Positions 21,701-36,729 of a DNA stretch of 64,000 nt are shown here, one piece after another. Position 1 is the stretch's first letter; every line of letters begins with the position of its first letter. The translations under genes were made by a program, and so were the position numbers. The stretch is taken from NCBI RefSeq assembly GCF_964355755.1, contig NC_092678.1:10228352-10292351 (forward strand). Reading direction: 5' to 3'. The DNA is from Antedon mediterranea. Taxonomy: Eukaryota > Animalia > Echinodermata. The notes under the pieces are model-generated. The model ran no database searches, had not been told where the DNA came from, and saw nothing but the letters and a program-made list of their open reading frames with translations.

Positions 21701-24700
21701 TTAACGAAATGCTCAAAATGGTCTAAAACTGTTTCTAATGTGATTTAAAGCACTTTGATGTTTTTGTATAACCAAGTTTCATCGAAATTCACAAAATGGT
21801 CTAAAACGTCTCCAAATGCGATTTGAAGCTTTTCTAAGCACTTTGCTGTTTTTATGTTAACAAGTTTTTTCGAAAATCACAAAATGGTCTAAAACGTCTC
21901 CAAATGCGATTTGAAGATATTCTGAGCACTTTGGTGTTTTTATGTTAAAAAGTTTTTTCGAAAATCACAAAATGGTCTAAAACGTCTCCAAATGCGATTT
22001 GAAGATATTCTGAGCACTTTGGTGTTTTTATGTTAACAAGTTTTTTCGAAAATCACAAAATGGTCTAAAACGTCTCCAAATGCGATTTGAAGCTATTCTG
22101 TACACTTTGATGTTTTGTGTGAAAAAGTTTTGTCGAAATGCTCAAAATGGTCTAAAACGTTTTTAAAACGATATTAAGCTATTTTGTGCTCTTTGATGTT
22201 TTCCTGTAACCAAGTTTTATCGAAATGAACAAAATGGTCTAAAACGTCTCCAAATGCGATTTGAAGCTTTTCCAAGCACTTTGCTGTTTTTATGTTAACA
22301 AGTTTTTTCGAAAATCACAAAATGGTCTAAAACGTCTCAAAATGCGATTTGAAGGTATTCTGAGCACTTTGGTGTTTTTGTGTGAAAAGTTTTAACGAAA
22401 TGCTCAAAATTGTCTAAAACGGTTTCTAATGTGATTTTAAGCACTTTGATGTTTTTGTAAAACCAAGTTTCATCGAAATGAACAAAATGGTCTAAAATGT
22501 CTCAAAATGCGATTTGAAGCTTTTCCAAGCACTTTGCTGTTTTTATGTTAACAAGCTTTTTCGAAAATCACAAAATGGTCTAAAACGTCTCCAAATGCGA
22601 TTTGAAGATATTCTGAGCACTTTGGTGTTTTTATGTTAAAAAGTTTTTTCGAAAATCACAAAATGGTCTAAAACGTCTCCAAATGCGATTTGAAGATATT
22701 CTGAGCACTTTGGTGTTTTTATGTTAAAAAGTTTTTTCGAAAATCACAAAATGGTCTAAAACGTCTCCAAATGCGATTTGAAGCTATTCTGTACACTTTG
22801 ATGTTTTGTGTGAAAAAGTTTTGTCGAAATGCTCAAAATGGTTTAAAACGTTTTTAAAACGATATTAAGTTATTTTGTGCTCTTTGATGTTTTTGTGTAA
22901 CCAAGTTTCATCGAAATGAACAAAATGGTCTAAAACGTCTCCAAATGCGATTTGAAGCTTTTCCAAGCACTTTGCTGTTTTTATGTTAACAAGTTTTTTC
23001 GAAAATCACAAAATGGTGTAAAACGTCTCAAAATGCGATTTGAAGGTATTCTGAGCACTTTGGTGTTTTTGTGTGAAAAGTTTTAACGAAATGCTCAAAA
23101 TGGTCTAAAACGGTTCTAATGTGATTTTAAGCTATTCTAGACACTTTGATGTTTTGTGTGAAAAAGTTTTCTCGAAATGCTCAAAATGGTCTAAAACGTT
23201 TTCCAATACCATATTAAGCTATTTTGTGCAATTTGATGTTTTTGTGTAACCAAGTTTTTTGAAATGCGATTTGAAGATATTCTGAGGACTCTGGTGTTTT
23301 TATGTTAAAAAGTTTTTTCGAAAATCACAAAATGGTCTAAAACGTCTCCAAATGCGATTTGAAGATATTCTGAGCACTTTGGTGTTTTTATGTTAAAAAG
23401 TTTTTTCGAAAATCACAAAATGGTCTAAAACGTCTCCAAATGCGAGTTGAAGCTATTCTGTACACTTTGATGTTTTGTGTGAAAAAGTTTTGTCGAAATG
23501 CTCAAAATGGTCTAAAACGTTTTTAAAACGATATTAAGCTATTTTGTGCTCTTTGATGTTTTTGTGTAACCAAGTTTTTTCGAAAATCACAAAATGGTCT
23601 AAAACGTCTCCAAATGCGATTTGAAGCTTTTCTAAGCACTTTGGTGTTTTTATGTTAACAAGTTTTTTCGCAAATCACAAAATGGTCTAAAACGTCTCCA
23701 AATGCGATTTGAAGATATTCTGAGCACATTGGTGTTTTTATGTTAAAAAAGTTTTTTCGAAAATCACAAAATGGTCTAAAACGTTTCCAAATGCGATTTG
23801 AAGCTCTTCTGTACACTTTGATGTTTTGTGTGAAAAAGTTTTTTCGAAATGCTCAAAATGGTCTAAAACGTTTTTAAATACGATATTAAGCTGTTTTGTG
23901 CACTTTGATGGTTTGTGTGAAAAGTTTTAACGAAATGCTCAAAATGGTCAAAAACGGTTTCTAATGTGATTTTAAGCACTTTGATGTTTTTGTGTAACCA
24001 AGTTTTTTCGAAAATCACAAATTGGTCTAAAACGTCTCCAAATGCGATTTGAAGCTTTTCTAAACACTTTGGTGCTTTTATGTTAACAAGTTTTTTCGAA
24101 AATCACAAAATGGTCTAAAACGTCTCCAAATGCGATTTGAAGCTTTTCTAAACACTTTGGTGTTTTTATGTTAACAAGTTTTTTCGAAAATCACAAAATG
24201 GTCTAAAACGTCTTCAAATGCGATTTGAAGATATTCTGAGCACTTTGGTGTTTTTCTGTTAAAAAGTTTTTTCGAAAATCACAAAATGGTCTAAAACGTC
24301 TCCAAATGCGATTTGAAGCTCTTCTGTACACTTTGATGTTTTGTGTGAAAAAGTTTTCTCGAAATGCTCAAAATGGTCTAAAACGTTTTCCAATACCATA
24401 TTAAGCTATTTTGTGCAATTTGATGTTTTTATGTAACCAAGTTTTTTGAAATGCGATTTGAAGATATTCTGAGCACTTTGGTGTTTTTATGTTAAAAAGT
24501 TTTTTCGAAAATCACAAAATGGTCTAAAACGTCTCCAAATGCGATTTGAAGATATTCTGAGCACTTTGGTGTTTTTATGTTAAAAAGTTTTTTCGAAAAT
24601 CACAAAATGGTCTAAAACGTCTCCAAATGCGATTTGAAGCTATTCTGTACACTTTGATGTTTTGTGTGAAAAAGTTTTGTCGAAATGCTCAAAATGGTCT

Positions 24701-27700
24701 AAAACGTTTTTAAAACGATATTAAGCTATTTTGTGCTCTTTGATGTTTTTGTGTAACCAAGTTTTTTCGAAAATCACAAAATGGTCTAAAACGTCTCCAA
24801 ATGCGATTTGAAGCTTTTCTAAGCACTTTGGTGTTTTTATGTTAACAAGTTTTTTCGAAAATCACAAAATGGTCTAAAACGTCTCAAAATGCGATTTGAA
24901 GGTATTCTGAGCACTTTGGTGTTTTTGTGTGAAAAGTTTTAACGAAATGCTCAAAATGGTCTAAAACGGTTTCTAATGTGATTTTAAGCACTTTGATGTT
25001 TTTGTGTAACCAAGTTTTTTCGAAAATCACAAAATGGTCTAAAACGTCTCCAAATGCGATTTGAAGCTATTCTGTACACTTTGATGTTTTGTGTGAAAAA
25101 AGTTTTGTCGAAATGCTCAAAATGGTCTAAAACGTTTTTAAAACGATATTGAGCTATTTTGTGCTCTTTGATGTTTTTGTGTAACCAAGTTTTATCGAAA
25201 TGAACAAAATGGTCTAAAACGTCTCCAAATGCGATTTGAAGCTTTTCCAAGCACTTTGCTGTTTTTATATTAAGTTTTTTCGAAAATCACAAAATGGTCT
25301 AAAACGTCTCTAAATGCGATTTGAAGGTATTCTGAGCAATTTGGTGTTTTTGTGTGAAAAGTTTTAACGAAATGCTCAAAATTGTCTAAAACGGTTTCTA
25401 ATGTGATTTTAAGCACTTTGATGTTTTTGTAAAACCAAGTTTCATCGAAATGCACAAAATGGTCTAAAACGTCTCCAAATGCGATTTGAAGCTATTCTGT
25501 ACACTTTGATGTTTTGTGTGAAAAAAGTTTTGTCGAAATGCTCAAAATGGTCTAAAACGTTTTTAAAACGATATTAAGCTATTTTGTGCTCTTTGATGTT
25601 TTTGTGTAACCAAGTTTTATCGAAATGAACAAAATGGTCTAAAACGTCTCCAAATGCGATTTGAAGCTTTTCCAAGCACTTTGCTGTTTTTATGTTAACA
25701 GGTTTTTTCGAAAATCACAAAATGGTCTAAAACGTCTCAAAATGCGATTTGAAGGTATTCTGAGCACTTTGGTGTTTTTGTGTGAAAAGTTTTAACGAAA
25801 TGCTCAAAATTGTCTAAAACGGTTTCTAATGTGATTTTAAGCACTTTGATGTTTTTGTAAAACCAAGTTTCATCGAAATGCACAAAATGGTCTAAAATGT
25901 CTCCAAATGCGATTTGAAGCTTTTCCAAGCACTTTGCTGTTTTTATGTTAACAAGCTTTTTCGAAAATCACAAAAGGGTCTAAAACGTCTCCAAATGTGA
26001 TTTGAAGATATTCTGAGCACTTTGGTATTTTTATGTTAAAAAGTTTTTTCGAAAATCACAAAATGGTCTAAAACGTCTCCAAATGCGATTTGAAGATATT
26101 CTGAGCACTTTGGTGTTTTTATGTTAAAAAGTTTTTTCGAAAATCACAAAATGGTCTAAAACGTCTCCAAATGCGATTTGAAGCTATTCTGTACACTTTG
26201 ATGTTTTGTGTGAAAAAGTTTTGTCGAAATGCTCAAAATGGTTTAAAACGTTTTTAAAACGATATTAAGCTATTTTGTGCTCTTTGATGTTTTTGTATAA
26301 CCAAGTTTCATCGAAATGCACAAAATGGTCTAAAACGTCTCCAAATACGATTTGAAGCTTTTCCAAGCACTTTGCTGTTTTTATGTTAACAAGTTTTTTC
26401 GAAAATCACAAAATTGTCTAAAACGTCTCAAAATGCGATTTGAAGGTATTCTGAGCACTTTGGTGTTTTTGTGTGAAAAGTTTTAACGAAAAGCTCAAAA
26501 TGGTCTAAAACGGTTCTAATGTGATTTTAAGCACTTTGATGTTTTTGTACAACCAAGTTTCATCGAAATGCTCAAAATGGTCTAAAACGTTTTTAAAACG
26601 ATATTAAGCTATTTTGTGCTCTTTGATGTTTTTGTGTAACCAAGTTTTTTTCGAAAATCACAAAATGGTCTAAAACGTCTCCAAATGCGATTTGAAGCTT
26701 TTCTAAGCACTTTGGTGTTTTTATGTTAACAAGTTTTTTCGAAAATCGCAAAATGGTCTAAAACGTCTCAAAATGCGATTTGAAGGTATTCTGAGCACTT
26801 TGGTGTTTTTGTGTGAAAAGTTTTAACGAAATGCTCAAAATGGTCTAAAACGGTTTCTAATGTGATTTTAACCACTTTGATGTTTTTGTGTAACCAAGTT
26901 CTTTTCGAAAATCACAAAATGGTCTAAAACGTCTCCAAATGCGATTTGAAGCTTTTCTAAGCACTTTGGTGTTTTTATGTTAACAAGTTTTTTCGAAAAT
27001 CACAAAATGGTCTAAAACGTCTCAAAATGCGATTTGAAGGTATTCTGAGCACTTTGGTGTTTTTGTGTGAAAAGTTTTAACGAAATGCTCAAAATGGTCT
27101 AAAACGGTTTCTAATGTGATTTTAACCACTTTGATGTTTTTGTGTAACCAAGTTTTTTCGAAAATCACAAAATGGTCTAAAACGTCTCCAAATGCGATTT
27201 GAAGCTTTTCTAAGCACTTTGGTGTTTTTATGTTAACAAGTTTTTTCGAAAATCACAAAATGGTCTAAAACGTCTCCAAATGCGATTTGAAGCTATTCTG
27301 TACACTTTGATGTTTTGTGTGAAAAAAGTTTTGTCGAAATGCTCAAAATGGTCTAAAACGTTTTTAAAACGATATTAAGCTATTTTGTGCTCTTTGATGT
27401 TTTTGTGTAACCAAGTTTTATCGAAATGAACAAAATGTTCTAAAACGTCTCCAAATGCGATTTGAAGCTTTTCCAAGCACTTTGCTGTTTTTATGTTAAG
27501 TTTTTTCGAAAATCACAAATTGGTCTAAAACGTCTCTAAATGCGAGTTGAAGGTATTCTGAGCACTTTGGTGTTTTTGTGTGAAAAGTTTTAACGAAATG
27601 CTCAAAATTGTCTAAAACGGTTTCTAATGTGATTTTAAGCACTTTGATGTTTTTGTAAAACCAAGTTTCATCGAAATGCACAAAATGGTCTAAAACGTCT

Positions 27701-27720
27701 CCAAATGCGATTTGAAGCTT
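18790..27720 (+). repeat. ~8.9-kb block near-identical to ~36730-45660 (offset 17938); includes copy 2 of the 1-5940 block
   Basis: ORF pairs 20006/37944, 24984/42922, 27496/45434. Shared markers TTTGGTTTTTT, AAATCATAAAA, GAAATGAGCAAAA, CAAAAGGGTC. Confidence 0.9.
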
Positions 27721-30700
27721 TTCTAAGCACTTTGCTGTTTTTATGTTAAAAAGTTTTTTCGAAAATCACAAAATGGTCTAAAACGTCTCCAAATGCGATT
27801 TGAAGATATTCTGAGCACTTTGGTGTTTTTATGTTAAAAAGTTTTTTCGAAAATCACAAAATGGTCTAAAACGTCTCCAAATGCGATTTGAAGATATTCT
27901 GAGCACTTTGGTGTTTTTATGTTAAAAAGTTTTTTCGAAAATCACAAAATGGTCTAAAACGTCTCCAAATGCGATTTGAAGCTATTCTGTACACTTTGAT
28001 GTTTTGTGTGAAAAAGTTTTGTCGAAATGCTCAAAATGGTCTAAAACGTTTTTAAAACGATATTAAGCTATTTTGTGCTCTTTGATGTTTTTGTGTAACC
28101 AAGTTTTATCGAAATGAACAAAATGGTCTAAAACGTCTCCAAATGCGATTTGAAGCTTTTCTAAGCACTTTGCTGTTTTTATGTTAACAAGTTTTTTCGA
28201 AAATCACAAAATGGTCTAAAACGTCTCCAAATGGGATTTGAAGCTTTTCTAAGCACTTTGGTGTTTTTATGTTAACAAGTTTTTTCGAAAAACACAAAAT
28301 GGTCTAAAACCTCTCCAAATGCGATTTGAAGATATTCTGAGCACTTTGGTGTTTTTATGTTAAAAAGTATTTTCGAAAATCACAAAATGGTCTAAAACGT
28401 CTCCAAATGCGATTTGAAGCTCTTCTGTACACTTTGATGTTTTGTGTGAAAAAGTTTAGTCGAAATGCTCAAAATGGTCTAAAACGTTTTTAAAACGATA
28501 TTAAGCTATTTTGTGCTCTTTGATGTTTTTGTGTAACCAAGTTTCATCGAAAATCACAAAATGGTCTAAAACGTCTCCAAATGCGATTTGAAGCTTTTCC
28601 AAGCACTTTGCTGTTTTTATGTTAACAAGTTTTTTCGAAAATCACAAAATGGTCTAAAACGTCTCAAAATGCGATTTGAAGGTATTCTGAGCACTTTGGT
28701 GTTTTTGTGTGAAAAGTTTTAACGAAATGCTCAAAATTGTCTAAAACGGTTTCTAATGTGATTTTAAGCACTTTGATGTTTTTGTAAAACCAAGTTTCAT
28801 CGAAATGAACAAAATGGTCTAAAATGTCTCCAAATGCGATTTGAAGCTTTTCCAAGCACTTTGCTGTTTTTATGTTAACAAGCTTTTTCGAAAATCACAA
28901 AATGGTCTAAAACGTCTCCAAATGCGATTTGAAGATATTCTGAGCACTTTGGTGTTTTTATGTTAAAAAGTTTTTTCGAAAATCACAAAATGGTCTAAAA
29001 CGTCTCCAAATGCGATTTGAAGATATTCTAAGCACTTTGGTGTTTTTATGTTAACAAGTTTTTTCGAAAATCACAAAATGGTCTAAAACGTCTCCAAATG
29101 CGATTTGAAGATATTCTAAGCACTTTGGTGTTTTTATGTTAACAAGTTTTTTCGAAAATCACAAAATGGTCTAAAACGTCTCCAAATGCGATTTGAAGAT
29201 ATTCTGAGCACTTTGGTGTTTTTCTGTTAAAAAGTATTTTCAAAAATCACAAAATGGTCTAAAACGTCTCCAAATGCGATTTGAAGCTCTTCTGTACACT
29301 TTGATGTTTTGTGTGAAAAAGTTTAGTCGAAATGCTCAAAATGGTCTAAAACGTTTTTAAAACGATATTAAGCTATTTTGTGCTCTTTGATGTTTTTGTG
29401 TAACCAAGTTTCATCGAAAATCACAAAATGGTCTAAAACGTCTCCAAATGCGATTTGAAGCTTTTCCAAGCACTTTGCTGTTTTTATGTTAACAAGTTTT
29501 TTCGAAAATCACAAAATGGTCTAAAACGTCTCAAAATACGATATTAAGCTGTTTTGTGCACTTTGATGATTTGTGTGAAAAGTTTTAACGAAATGCTCAA
29601 AATGGTCTAAAACGGTTTCTAATGTGATTTTAAGCACTTTGATGTTTTTATGTAGCCAAGTTTTTTCGAAAATCACAAAATGGTCAAAAACGTCTCCAAA
29701 TGCGATTTGAAGCTTTTCTAAGCACTTTGGTGTTTTTATGTTAACAAGTTTTTTCGAAAATCACAAAATTGTCTAAAACGTCTCCAAATGCAATTTGAAG
29801 CTATTCTGTACACTTTGATGTTTTGTGTGAAAAAGTTTTGTCAAAATGCTCAAAATGGTCTAAAACGTTTTTAAAACGATATTAAGCTATTTTGTGCTCT
29901 TTGATGTTTTTGTATAACCAAGTTTTTTCGAAAATCACAAAATGGTCTAAAACGTCTCCAAATGCGATTTGAAGCTTTTCTAAACACTTTGGTGTTTTTA
30001 TGTTAACAAGTTTTTTCGAAAATCACAAAATGGTCTAAAACGTCTCCAAATCCGATTTGAAGCTATTCTGTACACTTTGATGTTTTGTGTGAAAAAGTTT
30101 TGTCGAAATGCTCAAAATGGTCTAAAACGTTTTTAAAACGATATTAAGCTATTTTGTGCTCTTTGATGTTTTTGTGTAACCAAGTTTCATCGATATGAAC
30201 AAAATGGTCTAAAACGTCTCAAAATGCGATTTGAAGGTATTCTGAGCACTTTGGTGTTTTTGGGTGAAAAGTTTTAACGAAATGCTCAAAATGGTCTAAA
30301 ACGGTTTCTAATGTGATTTTAAGCACTTTGAAGTATTTGTAAAAACAAGTTTCATCGAAATGCACAAAATAGTCTAAAACGTCTTCAAATGCGATTTGAA
30401 GCTTTTCTAAGCACTTTGGTGTTTTTATGTTAACAAGTTTTTTCGAAAATCACAAAATGGTCTAAAACGTCTCCAAATGCGATTTGAAGATATTCTGAGC
30501 ACTTTGGTGTTTTTATGTTAAAAAGTATTTTCGAAAATCACAAAATGGTCTAAAACGTCTCCAAATGCGATTTGAAGCTCTTCTGTACACTTTGATGTTT
30601 TGTGTGAAAAAGTTTAGTCGAAATGCTCAAAATGGTCTATAACGTTTTTAAAACGATATTAAGCTATTTTGTGCTCTTTGATGTTTTTGTGTAACCAAGT

Positions 30701-33700
30701 TTCATCGAAAATCACAAAATGGTCTAAAACGTCTCCAAATGCGATTTGAAGATATTCTGAGCACTTTGGTGTTTTTATGTTAACAAGTTTTTTCGAAAAT
30801 CACAAAATGGTCTAAAACGTCTCCAAATGCGATTTGAAGATATTCTGAGCACTTTGGTGTTTTTATGTTAAAAAGTTTTTTCGAAAATCACAAAATGGTC
30901 TAAAACGTCTCCAAATGCGATTTGAAGCTATTCTATACACTTTGATGTTTTGTGTTAAAAAGTTTTGTCGAAATGCTCAAAATGGTTTAAAACGTTTTTA
31001 AAACGATATTAAGCTATTTTGTGCTCTTTGATGTTTTTGTGTAACCAAGTTTCATCGAAATGAACAAAATGGTCTAAAACGTCTCCAAATGCGATTTGAA
31101 GCTTTTCCAAGCACTTTGCTGTTTTTATGTTAACAAGTTTTTTCGAAAATCACAAAATTGTCTAAAACGTCTCAAAATGCGATTTGAAGGTATTCTGAGC
31201 ACTTTGGTGTTTTTGTGTGAAAAGTTTTAACGAAAAGCTCAAAATGGTCTAAAACGGTTCTAATGTGATTTTAAGCACTTTGATGTTTTTGTACAACCAA
31301 GTTTCATCGAAATGCTCAAAATGGTCTAAAACGTTTTTAAAACGATATTAAGCTATTTTGTGCTCTTTGATGTTTTTGTGTAACCAAGGTTTTTTCGAAA
31401 ATCACAAAATGGTCTAAAACGTCTCCAAATGCGATTTGAAGCTTTTCTAAGCACTTTGGTGTTTTTATGTTAACAAGTTTTTTCGAAAATCGCAAAATGG
31501 TCTAAAACGTCTCAAAATGCGATTTGAAGGTATTCTGAGCACTTTGGTGTTTTTGTGTGAAAAGTTTTAACGAAATGCTCAAAATGGTCTAAAACGGTTT
31601 CTAATGTGATTTTAACCACTTTGATGTTTTTGTGTAACCAAGTTCTTTTCGAAAATCACAAAATGGTCTAAAACGTCTCCAAATGCGATTTGAAGCTTTT
31701 CTAAGCACTTTGGTGTTTTTATGTTAACAAGTTTTTTCGAAAATCACAAAATGGTCTAAAACGTCTCAAAATGCGATTTGAAGGTATTCTGAGCACTTTG
31801 GTGTTTTTGTGTGAAAAGTTTTAACGAAATGCTCAAAATGGTCTAAAACGGTTTCTAATGTGATTTTAACCACTTTGATGTTTTTGTGTAACCAAGTTTT
31901 TTCGAAAATCACAAAATGGTCTAAAACGTCTCCAAATGCGATTTGAAGCTTTTCCAAGCACTTTGCTGTTTTTATGTTAACAAGTTTTTTCGAAAATCAC
32001 AAAATGGTCTAAAACGTCTCCAAATGCGATTTCAAGGTATTCTGAGCACTTTGGTGTTTTTGTGTGAAAGGTTTTAACGAAATGCTCAAAATGGTCTAAA
32101 ACGGTTTCTAATGTGATTTTAAGCACTTTGATGTTTTTGTATAACCAAGTTTCATCGAAATGCACAAAATGGTCTAAAACGTCTCCAAATGCGATTTGAA
32201 GCTTTTCTAAGCACTTTGCTGTTTTTATGTTAAAAAGTTTTTTCGAAAATCACAAAATGGTCTAAAACGTCTCCAAATGCGATTTGAAGATATTCTGAGC
32301 ACTTTGGTGTTTTTATGTTAAAAAGTTTTTTCGAAAATCACAAAATGGTCTAAAACGTCTCCAAATGCGATTTGAAGCTTTTCTAAACACTTTGGTGTTT
32401 TTATGTTAACAAGTTTTTTCGAAAATCACAAAATGGTCTAAAACGTCTCCAAATCCGATTTGAAGCTATTCTGTACACTTTGATGTTTTGTGTGAAAAAG
32501 TTTTGTCGAAATGCTCAAAATGGTCTAAAACGTTTTTAAAACGATATTAAGCTATTTTGTGCTCTTTGATGTTTTTGTGTAACCAAGTTTCATCGATATG
32601 AACAAAATGGTCTAAAACGTCTCAAAATGCGATTTGAAGGTATTCTGAGCACTTTGGTGTTTTTGGGTGAAAAGTTTTAACGAAATGCTCAAAATGGTCT
32701 AAAACGGTTTCTAATGTGATTTTAAGCACTTTGAAGTATTTGTAAAAACAAGTTTCATCGAAATGCACAAAATAGTCTAAAACGTCTCCAAATGCGATTT
32801 GAAGCTTTTCTAAGCACTTTGGTGTTTTTATGTTAACAAGTTTTTTCGAAAATCACAAAATGGTCTAAAACGTCTCCAAATGCGATTTGAAGATATTCTG
32901 AGCACTTTGGTGTTTTTATGTTAAAAAGTATTTTCGAAAATCACAAAATGGTCTAAAACGTCTCCAAATGCGATTTGAAGCTCTTCTGTACACTTTGATG
33001 TTTTGTGTGAAAAAGTTTAGTCGAAATGCTCAAAATGGTCTAAAACGTTTTTAAAACGATATTAAGCTATTTTGTGCTCTTTGATGTTTTTGTGTAACCA
33101 AGTTTCATCGAAAATCACAAAATGGTCTAAAACGTCTCCAAATGCGATTTGAAGCTTTTCCAAGCACTTTGCTGTTTTTATGTTAACAAGTTTTTTCGAA
33201 AATCACAAAATGGTCTAAAACGTCTCAAAATACGATAATAAGCTGTTTTGTGCACTTTGATGATTTGTGTGAAAAGTTTTAACGAAATGCTCAAAATGGT
33301 CTAAAACGGTTTCTAATGTGATTTTAAGCACTTTGATGTTTTTATGTAGCCAAGTTTTTTCGAAAATCACAAAATGGTCAAAAACGTCTCCAAATGCGAT
33401 TTGAAGCTTTTCTAAGCACTTTGGTGTTTTTATGTTAACAAGTTTTTTCGAAAATCACAAAATGGTCTAAAACGTCTCCAAATGCAATTTGAAGCTATTC
33501 TGTACACTTTGATGTTTTTTGTGAAAAAGTTTTGTCAAAATGCTCAAAATGGTCTAAAACGTTTTTAAAACGATATTAAGCTATTTTGTGCTCTTTGATG
33601 TTTTTGTATAACCAAGTTTTTTCGAAAATCACAAAATGGTCTAAAACGTCTCCAAATGCGATTTGAAGCTTTTCTAAACACTTTGGTGTTTTTATGTTAA

Positions 33701-36700
33701 CAAGTTTTTTCGAAAATCACAAAATGGTCTAAAACGTCTCCAAATCCGATTTGAAGCTATTCTGTACACTTTGATGTTTTGTGTGAAAAAGTTTTGTCGA
33801 AATGCTCAAAATGGTCTAAAACGTTTTTAAAACGATATTAAGCTATTTTGTGCTCTTTGATGTTTTTGTGTAACCAAGTTTCATCGATATGAACAAAATG
33901 GTCTAAAACGTCTCAAAATGCGATTTGAAGGTATTCTGAGCACTTTGGTGTTTTTGGGTGAAAAGTTTTAACGAAATGCTCAAAATGGTCTAAAACGGTT
34001 TCTAATGTGATTTTAAGCACTTTGAAGTATTTGTAAAAACAAGTTTCATCGAAATGCACAAAATAGTCTAAAACGTCTTCAAATGCGATTTGAAGCTATT
34101 CTAAGCACTTTGGTGTTTTTATGTTAACAAGTTTTTTCGAAAATCACAAAATGGTCTAAAACGTCTCCAAATGCGATTTGAAGATATTCTGAGCACTTTG
34201 GTGTTTTTATGTTAAAAAGTATTTTCGAAAATCACAAAATGGTCTAAAACGTCTCCAAATGCGATTTGAAGCTCTTCTGTACACTTTGATGTTTTGTGTG
34301 AAAAAGTTTAGTCGAAATGCTCAAAATGGTCTATAACGTTTTTAAAACGATATTAAGCTATTTTGTGCTCTTTGATGTTTTTGTGTAACCAAGTTTCATC
34401 GAAAATCACAAAATGGTCTAAAACGTCTCCAAATGCGATTTGAAGATATTCTGAGCACTTTGGTGTTTTTATGTTAACAAGTTTTTTCGAAAATCACAAA
34501 ATGGTCTAAAACGTCTCCAAATGCGATTTGAAGATATTCTGAGCACTTTGGTGTTTTTATGTTAAAAAGTTTTTTCGAAAATCACAAAATGGTCTAAAAC
34601 GTCTCCAAATGCGATTTGAAGCTATTCTATACACTTTGATGTTTTGTGTTAAAAAGTTTTGTCGAAATGCTCAAAATGGTTTAAAACGTTTTTAAAACGA
34701 TATTAAGCTATTTTGTGCTCTTTGATGTTTTTGTGTAACCAAGTTTCATCGAAATGAACAAAATGGTCTAAAACGTCTCCAAATGCGATTTGAAGCTTTT
34801 CCAAGCACTTTGCTGTTTTTATGTTAACAAGTTTTTTCGAAAATCACAAAATTGTCTAAAACGTCTCAAAATGCGATTTGAAGGTATTCTGAGCACTTTG
34901 GTGTTTTTGTGTGAAAAGTTTTAACGAAAAGCTCAAAATGGTCTAAAACGGTTCTAATGTGATTTTAAGCACTTTGATGTTTTTGTACAACCAAGTTTCA
35001 TCGAAATGCTCAAAATGGTCTAAAACGTTTTTAAAACGATATTAAGCTATTTTGTGCTCTTTGATGTTTTTGTGTAACCAAGTTTTTTCGAAAATCACAA
35101 AATGGTCTAAAACGTCTCCAAATGCGATTTGAAGCTTTTCTAAGCACTTTGGTGTTTTTATGTTAACAAGTTTTTTCGAAAATCACAAAATGGTCTAAAA
35201 CGTCTCCAAATGCGATTTGAAGATATTCTGAGCACTTTGGTGTTTTTCTGTTAAAAAGTATTTTCGAAAATCACAAAATGGTCTAAAACGTCTCCAAATG
35301 CAATTTGAAGCTATTCTGTACACTTTGATGTTTTGTGTGAAAAAGTTTTGTCAAAATGCTCAAAATGGTCTAAAACGTTTTTAAAACGATATTAAGCTAT
35401 TTTGTGCTCTTTGATGTTTTTGTATAACCAAGTTTTTTCGAAATGAACAAAATGGTCTAAAACGTCTCCAAATGCGATTTGAAGCTTTTCTAAACACTTT
35501 GGTGTTTTTATGTTAACAAGTTTTTTCGAAAATCACAAAATGGTCTAAAACGTCTCCAAATCCGATTTGAAGCTATTCTGTACACTTTGATGTTTTGTGT
35601 GAAAAAGTTTTGTCGAAATGCTCAAAATGGTCTAAAACGTTTTTAAAACGATATTAAGCTATTTTGTGCTCTTTGATGTTTTTGTGTAACCAAGTTTCAT
35701 CGATATGAACAAAATGGTCTAAAACGTCTCAAAATGCGATTTGAAGGTATTCTGAGCACTTTGGTGTTTTTGGGTGAAAAGTTTTAACGAAATGCTGAAA
35801 ATGGTCTAAAACGGTTTCTAATGTGATTTTAAGCACTTTGAAGTATTTGTAAAAACAAGTTTCATCGAAATGCACAAAATAGTCTAAAACGTCTCCAAAT
35901 GCGATTTGAAGCTTTTCTAAGCACTTTGGTGTTTTTATGTTAACAAGTTTTTTCGAAAATCACAAAATGGTCTAAAACGTCTCCAAATGCGATTTGAAGA
36001 TATTCTGAGCACTTTGGTGTTTTTATGTTAAAAAGTATTTTCGAAAATCACAAAATGGTCTAAAACGTCTCCAAATGCGATTTGAAGCTCTTCTGTACAC
36101 TTTGATGTTTTGTGTGAAAAAGTTTAGTCGAAATGCTCAAAATGGTCTAAAACGTTTTTAAAACGATATTAAGCTATTTTGTGCTCTTTGATGTTTTTGT
36201 GTAACCAAGTTTCATCGAAATGAACAAAATGGTCTAAAACGTCTCCAAATGCGATTTGAAGCTTTTCTAAGCACTTTGGTGTTTTTATGTTAACAAGTTT
36301 TTTCGAAAATCACAAAATGGTCTAAAACGTCTCCAAATGCGATTTGAAGATATTCTGAGCACTTTGCTGTTTTTATGTTAACAAGTTTTTTCGAAAATCA
36401 CAAAATGGTCTAAAACGTCTCAAAATGCTATTTGAAGGTATTCTGAGCACTTTGGTGTTTTTGTGTGAAAAGTTTTAACGAAATGCTCAAAATGGTCTAA
36501 AACGGTTCTAATGTGATTTTAAACACTTTGATGTTTTGTGTGAAAAAGTTTTGTCAAAATGCTGAAAATGGTCTAAAACGTTTTTAAAACGATATTAAGC
36601 TATTTTGTGCTCTTTGATGTTTTTGTATAACCAAGTTTTTTCGAAAATCACAAAATGGTCTAAAACGTCTCCAAATGCGATTTGAAGATATTCTGAGCAC

Positions 36701-36729
36701 TTTGGTGTTTTTATGTTAAAAAGTTTTTT

